From the NCBI GenBank assembly GCA_965203805.1, contig OZ241917.1:576001-640000 (forward strand): a stretch of DNA of 64,000 nucleotides, written 5' to 3'. Origin of the DNA: Candidatus Latescibacterota bacterium (lineage in GTDB: Bacteria > Latescibacterota > UBA2968 > GCA-2709665). How positions within the stretch are numbered: position 1 is the first letter of the stretch; every line of letters starts with the position of its first letter. This document shows, piece by piece, positions 56,913 to 64,000 of the stretch. The notes below the pieces were generated by a model that ran no database searches, was not told the origin of the DNA, and saw nothing but the letters and a program-made list of their open reading frames with translations. Both the position numbers and the translations under genes were made by a program.

Positions 56913-58192
56913 TAGCGAAAGACCTCACTGGCCGTATGCAACGCGCGCACAAGGGTGTCGATGTCTTCGCGCGTATTGTAGAACGCGGTGGCCGCTCGCG
57001 TCGTTGCGGGGATGTTGAAATGGCGCATGACGGGCTGAGCGCAGTGGTGTCCGGCACGGACCGCCACGCCTTGCAGGTCCACGATCGTGCCGACGTCGTG
57101 CGGGTGGACGCCATCCATCACAAAGGAAATGACGCTGACTTTCTCTTCCGCCGTGCCGACGATTCTCAAATCTGGAATCTCAGAAAGGGCGTCCGTGGCG
57201 TAGGAGAGCAGGTCGTTCTCGTATGCGGCGGCGGCTTCCAGGTCGACCCGGTTCAGATAGTCGATGGCGGCGCCCAGGCCGATACAACCTGCAATATGGG
57301 GCGTGCCGGCCTCGAATCGGGCTGGCGAATCGGCATAGGTGGTCTTTTCGAAAGTAACCTCGCAAATCATCCCCCCGCCTCCCCGGTAGGGCGGCATCGA
57401 AGCCAGCAGTTCGCTTCTTCCGTAAAGAACCCCAATGCCGGTCGGACCGTACAGCTTGTGCCCCGAAAAGGCGTAAAAGTCGCATCCCAACGCCTGAACG
57501 TCCACCTTGAAGTGCGGGACCGCCTGGGCGCCGTCGAGCAGAACGGTGATTCCCCGTTCGCGTGCGAGTTTCACGATGGCGGAGACTGGATTGCGGGTGC
57601 CGAGGACGTTGGAAACATGAACGACGGAAACGAGCTTCGTGCGCTCGTTCAACTGCCGTTCATACTCTTCAATCAGCAACTCTCCCCGGTCGTTCATGGG
57701 AATCACGCGCAGCGTTGCACCTTTTTCCTCGCAGAGCATCTGCCATGGCACGATATTCGAGTGGTGCTCCATGGCGGAAACGAGGATTTCGTCTCCCGAA
57801 TCCACATGCTCGCGTCCGAACGTCTGCGCAACCAGATTGATGCTGTCCGTCGTGCCGCTGGTGAATACGATTTCCCGGTCGTGGGCCGCGTTCAGAAACT
57901 GACGTACCTTGCCGCGCGCACCCTCGTAGGAATCCGTAGCAACCTGGCTGAGATAATGGACCCCGCGGTGCACGTTGGCATTTGCCGCTTCGTAGAAGAC
58001 TTCAAGCACGTCAAGTACATTCCTGGGCTTCTGGGTTGTCGCGGCATTGTCGAGGTAGACCAGCGGTTTATCCCGAACGGACTGGCCCAGAACCGGAAAA
58101 TCCCGGCGGATACGGTAGGGATCGAACGGACCCGCGCGCTCGACGGGCGGACTGGAGAGCCGTTCGGCGAGGACATGTGCGGACGGGCTCAT
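56912..58192 (-). CDS. sufS: Cysteine desulfurase SufS
   Basis: YLDNAAT, HHSNIVPW, SGHK, RAGHHCAQP; start trimmed to ATG 58192 (overlaps the sufD stop). Confidence 0.93.
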   Translation of the reverse strand: MSPSAHVLAERLSSPPVERAGPFDPYRIRRDFPVLGQSVRDKPLVYLDNAATTQKPRNVLDVLEVFYEAANANVHRGVHYLSQVATDSYEGARGKVRQFLNAAHDREIVFTSGTTDSINLVAQTFGREHVDSGDEILVSAMEHHSNIVPWQMLCEEKGATLRVIPMNDRGELLIEEYERQLNERTKLVSVVHVSNVLGTRNPVSAIVKLARERGITVLLDGAQAVPHFKVDVQALGCDFYAFSGHKLYGPTGIGVLYGRSELLASMPPYRGGGGMICEVTFEKTTYADSPARFEAGTPHIAGCIGLGAAIDYLNRVDLEAAAAYENDLLSYATDALSEIPDLRIVGTAEEKVSVISFVMDGVHPHDVGTIVDLQGVAVRAGHHCAQPVMRHFNIPATTRAATAFYNTREDIDTLVRALHTASEVFR

Positions 58193-59514
58193 GTCAGATT
58201 CCCGGTGTCTCGCACCCGTTCGAATTTTTCCATGATAATCCGTTCCAGATAATTTCGGACGGGCACGGGCTTGACTCTGTTCAGGATGTCGATAGCGAAA
58301 GCGTGTACCAGGATACGCTGTGCGGTGCCGTAATTCAACCCGCGTGAGCGCAGGTAGAAGACTGCGTTCCGGTCGAGTTGCCCGATGGTCGCACCGTGCG
58401 AGCACTTGACCTGGTCGGCATAGATTTCGAGTTGGGGCTTGGTATTGATATCCGCATCGTCGGAGATGAGCAGGCTCTGGTTGCTCTGGTAGGCGTCGGT
58501 CTCCTGCGCCTTCTGGTGAACGTGTATCTTGCCGCGGAACACGCCGCTGGACCGGCCCCCGAGGATTCCTTTGTAGAGTTCGTGGCTGTTGCAATTCGGT
58601 TCGGCGTGTTCGATCAGGGTATGGTTGTCGATATGCTGCTCGCGGTCGGTCAGATAGAAGCCGTTGACCGTGGCTTCGCCGGCTTCACCCGCCAGCAGCG
58701 CGTTGACTTCGTTGCGCACCAGCTTGCCGCCGAGAGAAATGGCGTGCGTCGAGACGTCGCTCCGCGCGCCCTGCCGGCATTGCATGGTGGCGATATGAAA
58801 CGCCTCCGGGCTCTCGAGTTCCAGCTTGTAGTGGTCCACCATCGCGCTGTCGCCGGCGATTACTTCCGACACGGCGTTCGTGAAATAGGCGCCGCCGCCG
58901 GTATAGGTTTCGACGATGGTGGCCTGGCAGTTTTCTTCGGCCAGGACCAGCATGCGCGGGTGCGAAATGGAAGCCGCGTCTGAAGCGGATGAAACGAAAA
59001 TCACGTGGATAGGCGCCTCCACGGCGGTACCCCGAGGGATATATATGAAGGCGCCATCCTGCAGGAATGCGGTATTGAGGGCGACGAAAGGACGCTCTTC
59101 GTAGGCGGCGTGCCGTGCGATATGGTCTTCGACCCAATCGGGTTCGGTTGCCAATAGCTCCGCGAGACTGCCGGCGCGTACGCCGTCGGGAAGATTTCCG
59201 GTGCGTGAGTTTTCGGCGCTGAAGAATCCGTTGATGAAAACCAGGCGCGATGTCGCAAGATCCCGGATGGCGTCTTCCGTTTTCCAGACCCGTTGTGCAT
59301 CGGCATCCGTCGACGTGCGAAACGAAGTGCGGACCAGAGGTGCGACGTTTGTATGAAACCAGGCTTCGTCCCTCGTGCCCGGAAACCCGAGTTCCTCAAA
59401 TCGTCTGATTGCCGATCTGCGAAGTTCGTGCATGGGTGTCGCGGATCGGCCGTTCAGGCTTTCTTCAAGTGTGGCGAATGCCGTCAGGTAGGCGTGCATG
59501 CCCTTGTTGACCAT
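58189..59514 (-). CDS. sufD: Fe-S cluster assembly protein SufD
   Basis: FVALNTAF, GVFRGKI.V...AQ.TDA.Q, KPQLEIYAD.VKCSHGAT, FYLRSRG. Confidence 0.92.
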   Translation of the reverse strand: MVNKGMHAYLTAFATLEESLNGRSATPMHELRRSAIRRFEELGFPGTRDEAWFHTNVAPLVRTSFRTSTDADAQRVWKTEDAIRDLATSRLVFINGFFSAENSRTGNLPDGVRAGSLAELLATEPDWVEDHIARHAAYEERPFVALNTAFLQDGAFIYIPRGTAVEAPIHVIFVSSASDAASISHPRMLVLAEENCQATIVETYTGGGAYFTNAVSEVIAGDSAMVDHYKLELESPEAFHIATMQCRQGARSDVSTHAISLGGKLVRNEVNALLAGEAGEATVNGFYLTDREQHIDNHTLIEHAEPNCNSHELYKGILGGRSSGVFRGKIHVHQKAQETDAYQSNQSLLISDDADINTKPQLEIYADQVKCSHGATIGQLDRNAVFYLRSRGLNYGTAQRILVHAFAIDILNRVKPVPVRNYLERIIMEKFERVRDTGNLT

Positions 59515-59530
59515 GGTGCGGCTTCCTCTC

Positions 59531-60304
59531 TTAATCATCGGCGAGTCGGACCGCCGACTCTTCGCGAATCCAATCGTAGCCTTCGGCTTCCAGCTTCTGA
59601 GAGAGTTCCTTGCCGCCCGATTTGACGATACGGCCGTTCAGAAGGACATGCACGAAGTCGGGTACAATATAGTTCAGCAGCCGCTGATAGTGGGTGACAA
59701 CCAGGACCGCCCCTCCAGGAGACTTTCGGTGAAGCGTATTCACGCCGTTGGCCACGATTTTCAAGGCGTCGATGTCAAGCCCGGAATCCGTTTCGTCCAT
59801 AATGGCCAGCCTGGGTTCGAGCATGGCCATCTGGAAAATCTCGTTGCGTTTCTTCTCGCCACCGGAGAAGCCCTCGTTGACCGACCGGTTGAGAAAGGCC
59901 TCGTCCATTTCCACCAGTTTGAGCTTCTCCTTGGAAAGCGCAAGAAAATCCATCGCGTCGAGTTCTTCGTGGCCCCGTGCCTTGCGGAGTTCGTTGAGTG
60001 CCGTCCTGAGAAAATAGGCGCTGTTTACGCCGGGAATTTCCACGGGATATTGAAAGGCCATGAAGATGCCGGCCTGGGCGCGTTCTTCCGGGTCCAGTTC
60101 CAGCAGGTCTACGCCCTCGTAGTGTACCGAGCCCCGGGACACCTCGTACTCTTCCCGTCCGGCCAGTACCTGGGCAAGGGTGCTCTTGCCGGATCCGTTG
60201 GGACCCATTATGGCATGGATTTCGCCTGCTTTGATTCTCAGGTCGATACCGGAAAGGATGGGAGTGCCCTCGACGCTTGCGTGCAGGTCGTTGATTTCCA
60301 GCAT
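59531..60304 (-). CDS. sufC: Fe-S cluster assembly ATPase SufC
   Basis: [42 protein letters not shown]. Confidence 0.95.
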   Translation of the reverse strand: MLEINDLHASVEGTPILSGIDLRIKAGEIHAIMGPNGSGKSTLAQVLAGREEYEVSRGSVHYEGVDLLELDPEERAQAGIFMAFQYPVEIPGVNSAYFLRTALNELRKARGHEELDAMDFLALSKEKLKLVEMDEAFLNRSVNEGFSGGEKKRNEIFQMAMLEPRLAIMDETDSGLDIDALKIVANGVNTLHRKSPGGAVLVVTHYQRLLNYIVPDFVHVLLNGRIVKSGGKELSQKLEAEGYDWIREESAVRLADD

Positions 60305-60429
60305 TCGCGTTCCTCTTTGAAGACTGTCCGTGTTACGGGGGTGAAGCGCGGTTTAACGGGTCGTTAATGCAGGCCTCGAGGGAAGCCTTGGATGCGTAAA
60401 CGGTTTCTCCGTTCGTCGCAGGATGCACA

Positions 60430-61896
60430 CTACCCGACGCTGCCTTCCAGGCTGATGCCGAGCAGCTTCTGCGCTTCAACGGCGAATTCCATGGGGAGTT
60501 CAGCCAGCACCTCCTTGCAGAAGCCGTTGACGATCATGGAGACGGCGTCTTCTGTGGAAATACCGCGCTGGTTGCAGTAGAAGATCTGATCTTCGCCGAT
60601 CTTGGAGGTGGAGGCTTCGTGCTCTACCTGCGAGGTGGTGTTCCTTACGTCGATGTAGGGGAAGGTGTGGGCCCCGCACTGGTCGCCGATGAGCATGGAG
60701 TCGCATTGCGTGAAGTTGCGGGCGTTCACTGCGCCCTTCAGAACCTGGACTCGCCCCCTGTAGGTGTTCTGACCGTTCTTCGCGGAAATGCCTTTCGATA
60801 CGATGGTGCTGCGCGTATTCTTCCCAAGGTGAATCATTTTGGTGCCCGTATCGGCCTGCTGGCGCCCGCTGGTTACGGCGACGGAGTAGAATTCTCCGAT
60901 GGAGTTATCGCCCTGGAGAATGCAACTGGGATATTTCCAGGTGATGGCCGACCCGGTTTCCACCTGCGTCCAGGAGATCTTGGCATTCGCGCCGCGGCAG
61001 GCGCCGCGTTTCGTTACGAAGTTGTAGATGCCGCCCACGCCGTTTTCGTCGCCGGGATACCAGTTCTGAACTGTTGAGTACTTGATCTGCGCGTCGTCCA
61101 GGGCGACCAGTTCCACAACGGCGGCGTGGAGCTGATTCTCGTCTCTCTGCGGGGCGGTGCAACCCTCGAGATACGATACGTAGGCGCCTTCTTCGGCGAT
61201 AATGAGCGTCCGTTCGAACTGGCCGGTATTGGCGGCGTTGATGCGGAAGTACGTGGACAGTTCCATCGGACACCGCACACCCCGGGGGATGTAGCAGAAA
61301 GAGCCGTCGGTAAAGACGGCGGAGTTGAGCGCGGCGAAAAAATTGTCGTTGTACGGCACGACGGAACCGAGATATTTCCTCACCAGTTCGGGGTGCTCGT
61401 GCACGGCTTCAGAAAACGAACAGAATATGACTCCCAGTTCGGAAAGTTTGTCCTTGAACGTGGTGGCCACTGAAACGCTGTCGAAAACCGCGTCGACCGC
61501 GACGCCGGCCAGCATCTTCTGCTCCTCGAGGGGGATGCCCAGCTTCTCGTACGTCCGCAGGATTTCAGGGTCTACCTCGTCGAGGCTCTGCAGCGTCTCC
61601 GCCTCCCTGGGCGCCGAGTAATAGATGATACTCTGGTAGTCGATGTCCGGATAGTCGACCATCGCCCACTGCCGGCATTGCTTGCGACGGGTCGGATCTT
61701 CCATCTTGAGCCAGTTGTGATAGGCTTTGAGCCGCCACTGCAACAACCAGTCGGGTTCGCGCTTCTTCCGGGAAATGAAGGCAATGATATCCTCGTTCAG
61801 ACCGGGTGGCGCGGCGTCCTGTTCGATGTCCGTTACGAAGCCGTATTTGTACTCTCTCGTCGCGAGTTCTTCGAGTTCCTGTACTTCGTCACCCAT
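60430..61896 (-). CDS. sufB: Fe-S cluster assembly protein SufB
   Basis: [53 protein letters not shown]. Confidence 0.95.
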   Translation of the reverse strand: MGDEVQELEELATREYKYGFVTDIEQDAAPPGLNEDIIAFISRKKREPDWLLQWRLKAYHNWLKMEDPTRRKQCRQWAMVDYPDIDYQSIIYYSAPREAETLQSLDEVDPEILRTYEKLGIPLEEQKMLAGVAVDAVFDSVSVATTFKDKLSELGVIFCSFSEAVHEHPELVRKYLGSVVPYNDNFFAALNSAVFTDGSFCYIPRGVRCPMELSTYFRINAANTGQFERTLIIAEEGAYVSYLEGCTAPQRDENQLHAAVVELVALDDAQIKYSTVQNWYPGDENGVGGIYNFVTKRGACRGANAKISWTQVETGSAITWKYPSCILQGDNSIGEFYSVAVTSGRQQADTGTKMIHLGKNTRSTIVSKGISAKNGQNTYRGRVQVLKGAVNARNFTQCDSMLIGDQCGAHTFPYIDVRNTTSQVEHEASTSKIGEDQIFYCNQRGISTEDAVSMIVNGFCKEVLAELPMEFAVEAQKLLGISLEGSVG

Positions 61897-61982
61897 CGGG
61901 TGCTCCTTTCATTGGCTTGAAAGGGCATTAGTTTCGTTGCATTTTCTGTGACGTGACAATAAAGATTCCTGAACTTAACCGT

Positions 61983-62011
61983 AACATACCCAATCCGCAT
62001 CCATGTGTCAA
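61983..62011 (-). promoter_or_regulatory. Sigma70-like promoter of the suf operon
   Basis: Minus strand TTGACA-17 nt-TATGTT about 85 nt upstream of sufB. Confidence 0.6.
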
Positions 62012-62233
62012 GATTAAAAATGTACGAAAAAGTCAAGTTTGCCGGATCCGCCTCGGGCCGGGCCCGACGCTTCCTGCGGACGGGATGTCCGACAGGTGCT
62101 TTTCCCTTGACAGAAGCGCCAGGTTTTCGCTTATTTATCGCCGTCGATTCCGAATGCGTACGGCGTTGGAATTCAGGCCTGCGCCGTCACGTGGCCCCTG
62201 CTCACCGCGCGTCACCTGATGAGGCCCTGTACG

Positions 62234-62653
62234 ATGCTGGATCAATATGCCAATGTCCTGATTTTTCTGGGAATCGGCGGGCTCTTCGTGGTGGTCAATC
62301 TGTTCATCGGCAGTCTGATCCGGCCCCGGAATCCCAGCGCGGAGAAACTGAGTACGTACGAGTGTGGTGAAGAGCCCGTGGGCGGATCGTGGATTCAATT
62401 CAACATACGGTTTTACGTGATTGCCCTGGATTTCATCATCTTCGACGTCGAGGTTGTACTGCTGTATCCGTGGGCGGTGGTGGCGAATGATTTCGGCTGG
62501 TACGGCTTCGGCGCAATGTCTGTATTCGTGGTGGTTCTCCTGCTCGGCCTGGCGTATGCCTGGCGGAAGGGGGCCCTGGAATGGGTTCGTCCCAAGCTGT
62601 CGGGCCGGCAGGCGCCGGTGGCCGCTTCGACAACGGGGAGCCGCGTGGGCTGA
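62234..62653 (+). CDS. nuoA: NADH-quinone oxidoreductase subunit A
   Basis: YECGEEP, IIFDVE, YAWRKGALEW. Confidence 0.93.
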   Translation: MLDQYANVLIFLGIGGLFVVVNLFIGSLIRPRNPSAEKLSTYECGEEPVGGSWIQFNIRFYVIALDFIIFDVEVVLLYPWAVVANDFGWYGFGAMSVFVVVLLLGLAYAWRKGALEWVRPKLSGRQAPVAASTTGSRVG

Positions 62654-62736
62654 TCGCCCGCGGCAGGCGCGGGAACCGAATCGCGGCGTTTCACATTAAT
62701 AAGTCCGGCTGAATGCTTCAGGAGGCAGGCCCTTCC

Positions 62737-63222
62737 ATGGGAAAGCTCACAGGTCGTTTCCAGGATAACGTCATCGTGACGTCGGTCGACTATTTCGTCA
62801 ATTGGGCGCGGTTGTCTTCGCTCTGGCCGATGACATTCGGACTGGCGTGCTGCGCCATCGAAATGATGGCCACGGGCGCGTCGCGATACGACTGGTCGCG
62901 TCTGGGCATGGTCCCGCGCGCCACACCCCGGCAGTCCGACCTGATGATCGTGGCCGGTACGGTCACACTGAAAATGGCCACACGCGTGAAGAAGCTGTAC
63001 GACCAGATGGCGGAGCCCCGGTACGTCATGTCCATGGGCTGCTGCGCCACCTCCGGTGGCCCGTACTGGCAGCACGGTTACCACGTTTTGAAGGGTGTTG
63101 ACCGCGTCGTGCCGGTGGACATCTATGTCCCGGGTTGTCCGCCGAGGCCGGAGGCCCTGCTCGAAGGCGTCATGAAACTTCAGGACAAGATTCGCATCGA
63201 TTCCATCGCGAAAGTGAGCTGA
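62737..63222 (+). CDS. nuoB: NADH-quinone oxidoreductase subunit B
   Basis: [33 protein letters not shown]; between nuoA and nuoC. Confidence 0.94.
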   Translation: MGKLTGRFQDNVIVTSVDYFVNWARLSSLWPMTFGLACCAIEMMATGASRYDWSRLGMVPRATPRQSDLMIVAGTVTLKMATRVKKLYDQMAEPRYVMSMGCCATSGGPYWQHGYHVLKGVDRVVPVDIYVPGCPPRPEALLEGVMKLQDKIRIDSIAKVS

Positions 63223-63265
63223 ATTTCGCGCACGGTCTTTCCCGGACGGCGGGTGGGGGCAACCA

Positions 63266-63736
63266 ATGACGCCGCAGGAGATCTTCGACCGGCTGAAGGC
63301 AACGTTCGGCGACCGGGTCCTGGATCTGACGGAGAACGTGGATCCGTTTATCCGGGTAAATGCCGGCGCAATTGCGGATATCGGTCTGTACCTGCGGGAC
63401 GACGAGGCGATGCGCTTCGAGTCACTGATGTGTCTGAGCGGGGTGGATTATCCCGAGCACCTTACGGTGGTCTATCATCTGTTCTCCACGACCCTGGGGC
63501 ACAAGATTACATTGAAGACGGAGGTGGGGAGAGACGACCCCCATGTGCCGACCGTGGAAGGGGTATGGCGGGTGGCGAACTGGCACGAGCGCGAAACGTT
63601 CGACATGTTCGGGATCATTTTCGACGGCCACAGCGACCTGCGGCGCATCCTGTGCCCCGACGATTGGGAAGGCTGGCCCCTGCGCAAGGACTACGAGGTC
63701 CAGGAATATTATCGCGGCATCAAGGTTGAGGTGTAA
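63266..63736 (+). CDS. nuoC: NADH-quinone oxidoreductase subunit C
   Basis: ANWHERETFDMFGI.F.GH.DLRRIL, PLRKDY. Confidence 0.93.
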   Translation: MTPQEIFDRLKATFGDRVLDLTENVDPFIRVNAGAIADIGLYLRDDEAMRFESLMCLSGVDYPEHLTVVYHLFSTTLGHKITLKTEVGRDDPHVPTVEGVWRVANWHERETFDMFGIIFDGHSDLRRILCPDDWEGWPLRKDYEVQEYYRGIKVEV

Positions 63737-63739
63737 ATT

Positions 63740-64000
63740 ATGGCAGGGATTCCACGGGCGGCGGCAGAGGTGACGGTGGAGCGGCCGGGTCTGCCGCCGG
63801 CAGCGGACATGGAGGGCGACAATCTCAGCAGCGAACTGATGACCATTAATATGGGACCCCAGCATCCCAGCACGCACGGGGTGCTGCGCCTGGAGATCAG
63901 GACGGACGGAGAAATCGTCGAGGAGGCGAAACCCCACATTGGTTATCTGCATCGATGCTTCGAAAAGCATTCCGAAAATCTGCCGTATCCACAGGTGATC
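63740..64000 (+). CDS. nuoD: NADH-quinone oxidoreductase subunit D (partial, runs off the right edge)
   Basis: Hand translation: ...[16 protein letters not shown]...[12 protein letters not shown]. Confidence 0.92.
   Translation, partial: MAGIPRAAAEVTVERPGLPPAADMEGDNLSSELMTINMGPQHPSTHGVLRLEIRTDGEIVEEAKPHIGYLHRCFEKHSENLPYPQVI

Noticed and set aside
1-64000. tRNA (including tRNA-Sec), rRNA, integrase, transposase or prophage genes
   Set aside because: None recognised by eye; tRNAscan-SE and cmscan were not run, so small RNAs could be missed.

Overview
GC-rich bacterial chromosomal window, densely coding, with no rRNA, tRNA, CRISPR array or intact transposase seen. A C-terminal dockerin/EF-hand-like 'DFNGDGxVDFxDF' protein, repeated DUF6785/DUF6784-type membrane proteins and many Gfo/Idh/MocA, amidohydrolase and epimerase genes suggest a Latescibacterota/Poribacteria-like FCB/PVC-type heterotroph (inference only). 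Left to right: hpnC-hpnD-hpnE squalene genes; a cobalamin adenosyltransferase; a catabolic cluster (heparinase II/III-like, ComA-like, degenerate M14 peptidase, epimerase, two paralogous ~670-aa membrane proteins); oxidoreductase/amidohydrolase clusters; TonB, TPR and kelch proteins; a third membrane paralog next to an ABC transporter split across convergent operons that includes a LecA-like lectin; GGT, AspC, PGM; a DUF2953-YtfJ-ATP-grasp operon; an extended SUF cluster (sufBCDSU, sufT, Rrf2, a stand-alone nuoB paralog, nfuA, radical SAM); and the start of a divergent nuoABCD operon. Highlights: the radical SAM gene reads through UGA as a CUAEP-tail selenoprotein with a SECIS-like hairpin, a lone nuoB sits inside the SUF cluster, a shared AAATGCAACG motif precedes three genes of that cluster, and there are two candidate structured non-coding RNAs (tonB leader; IS110-leader-like element).
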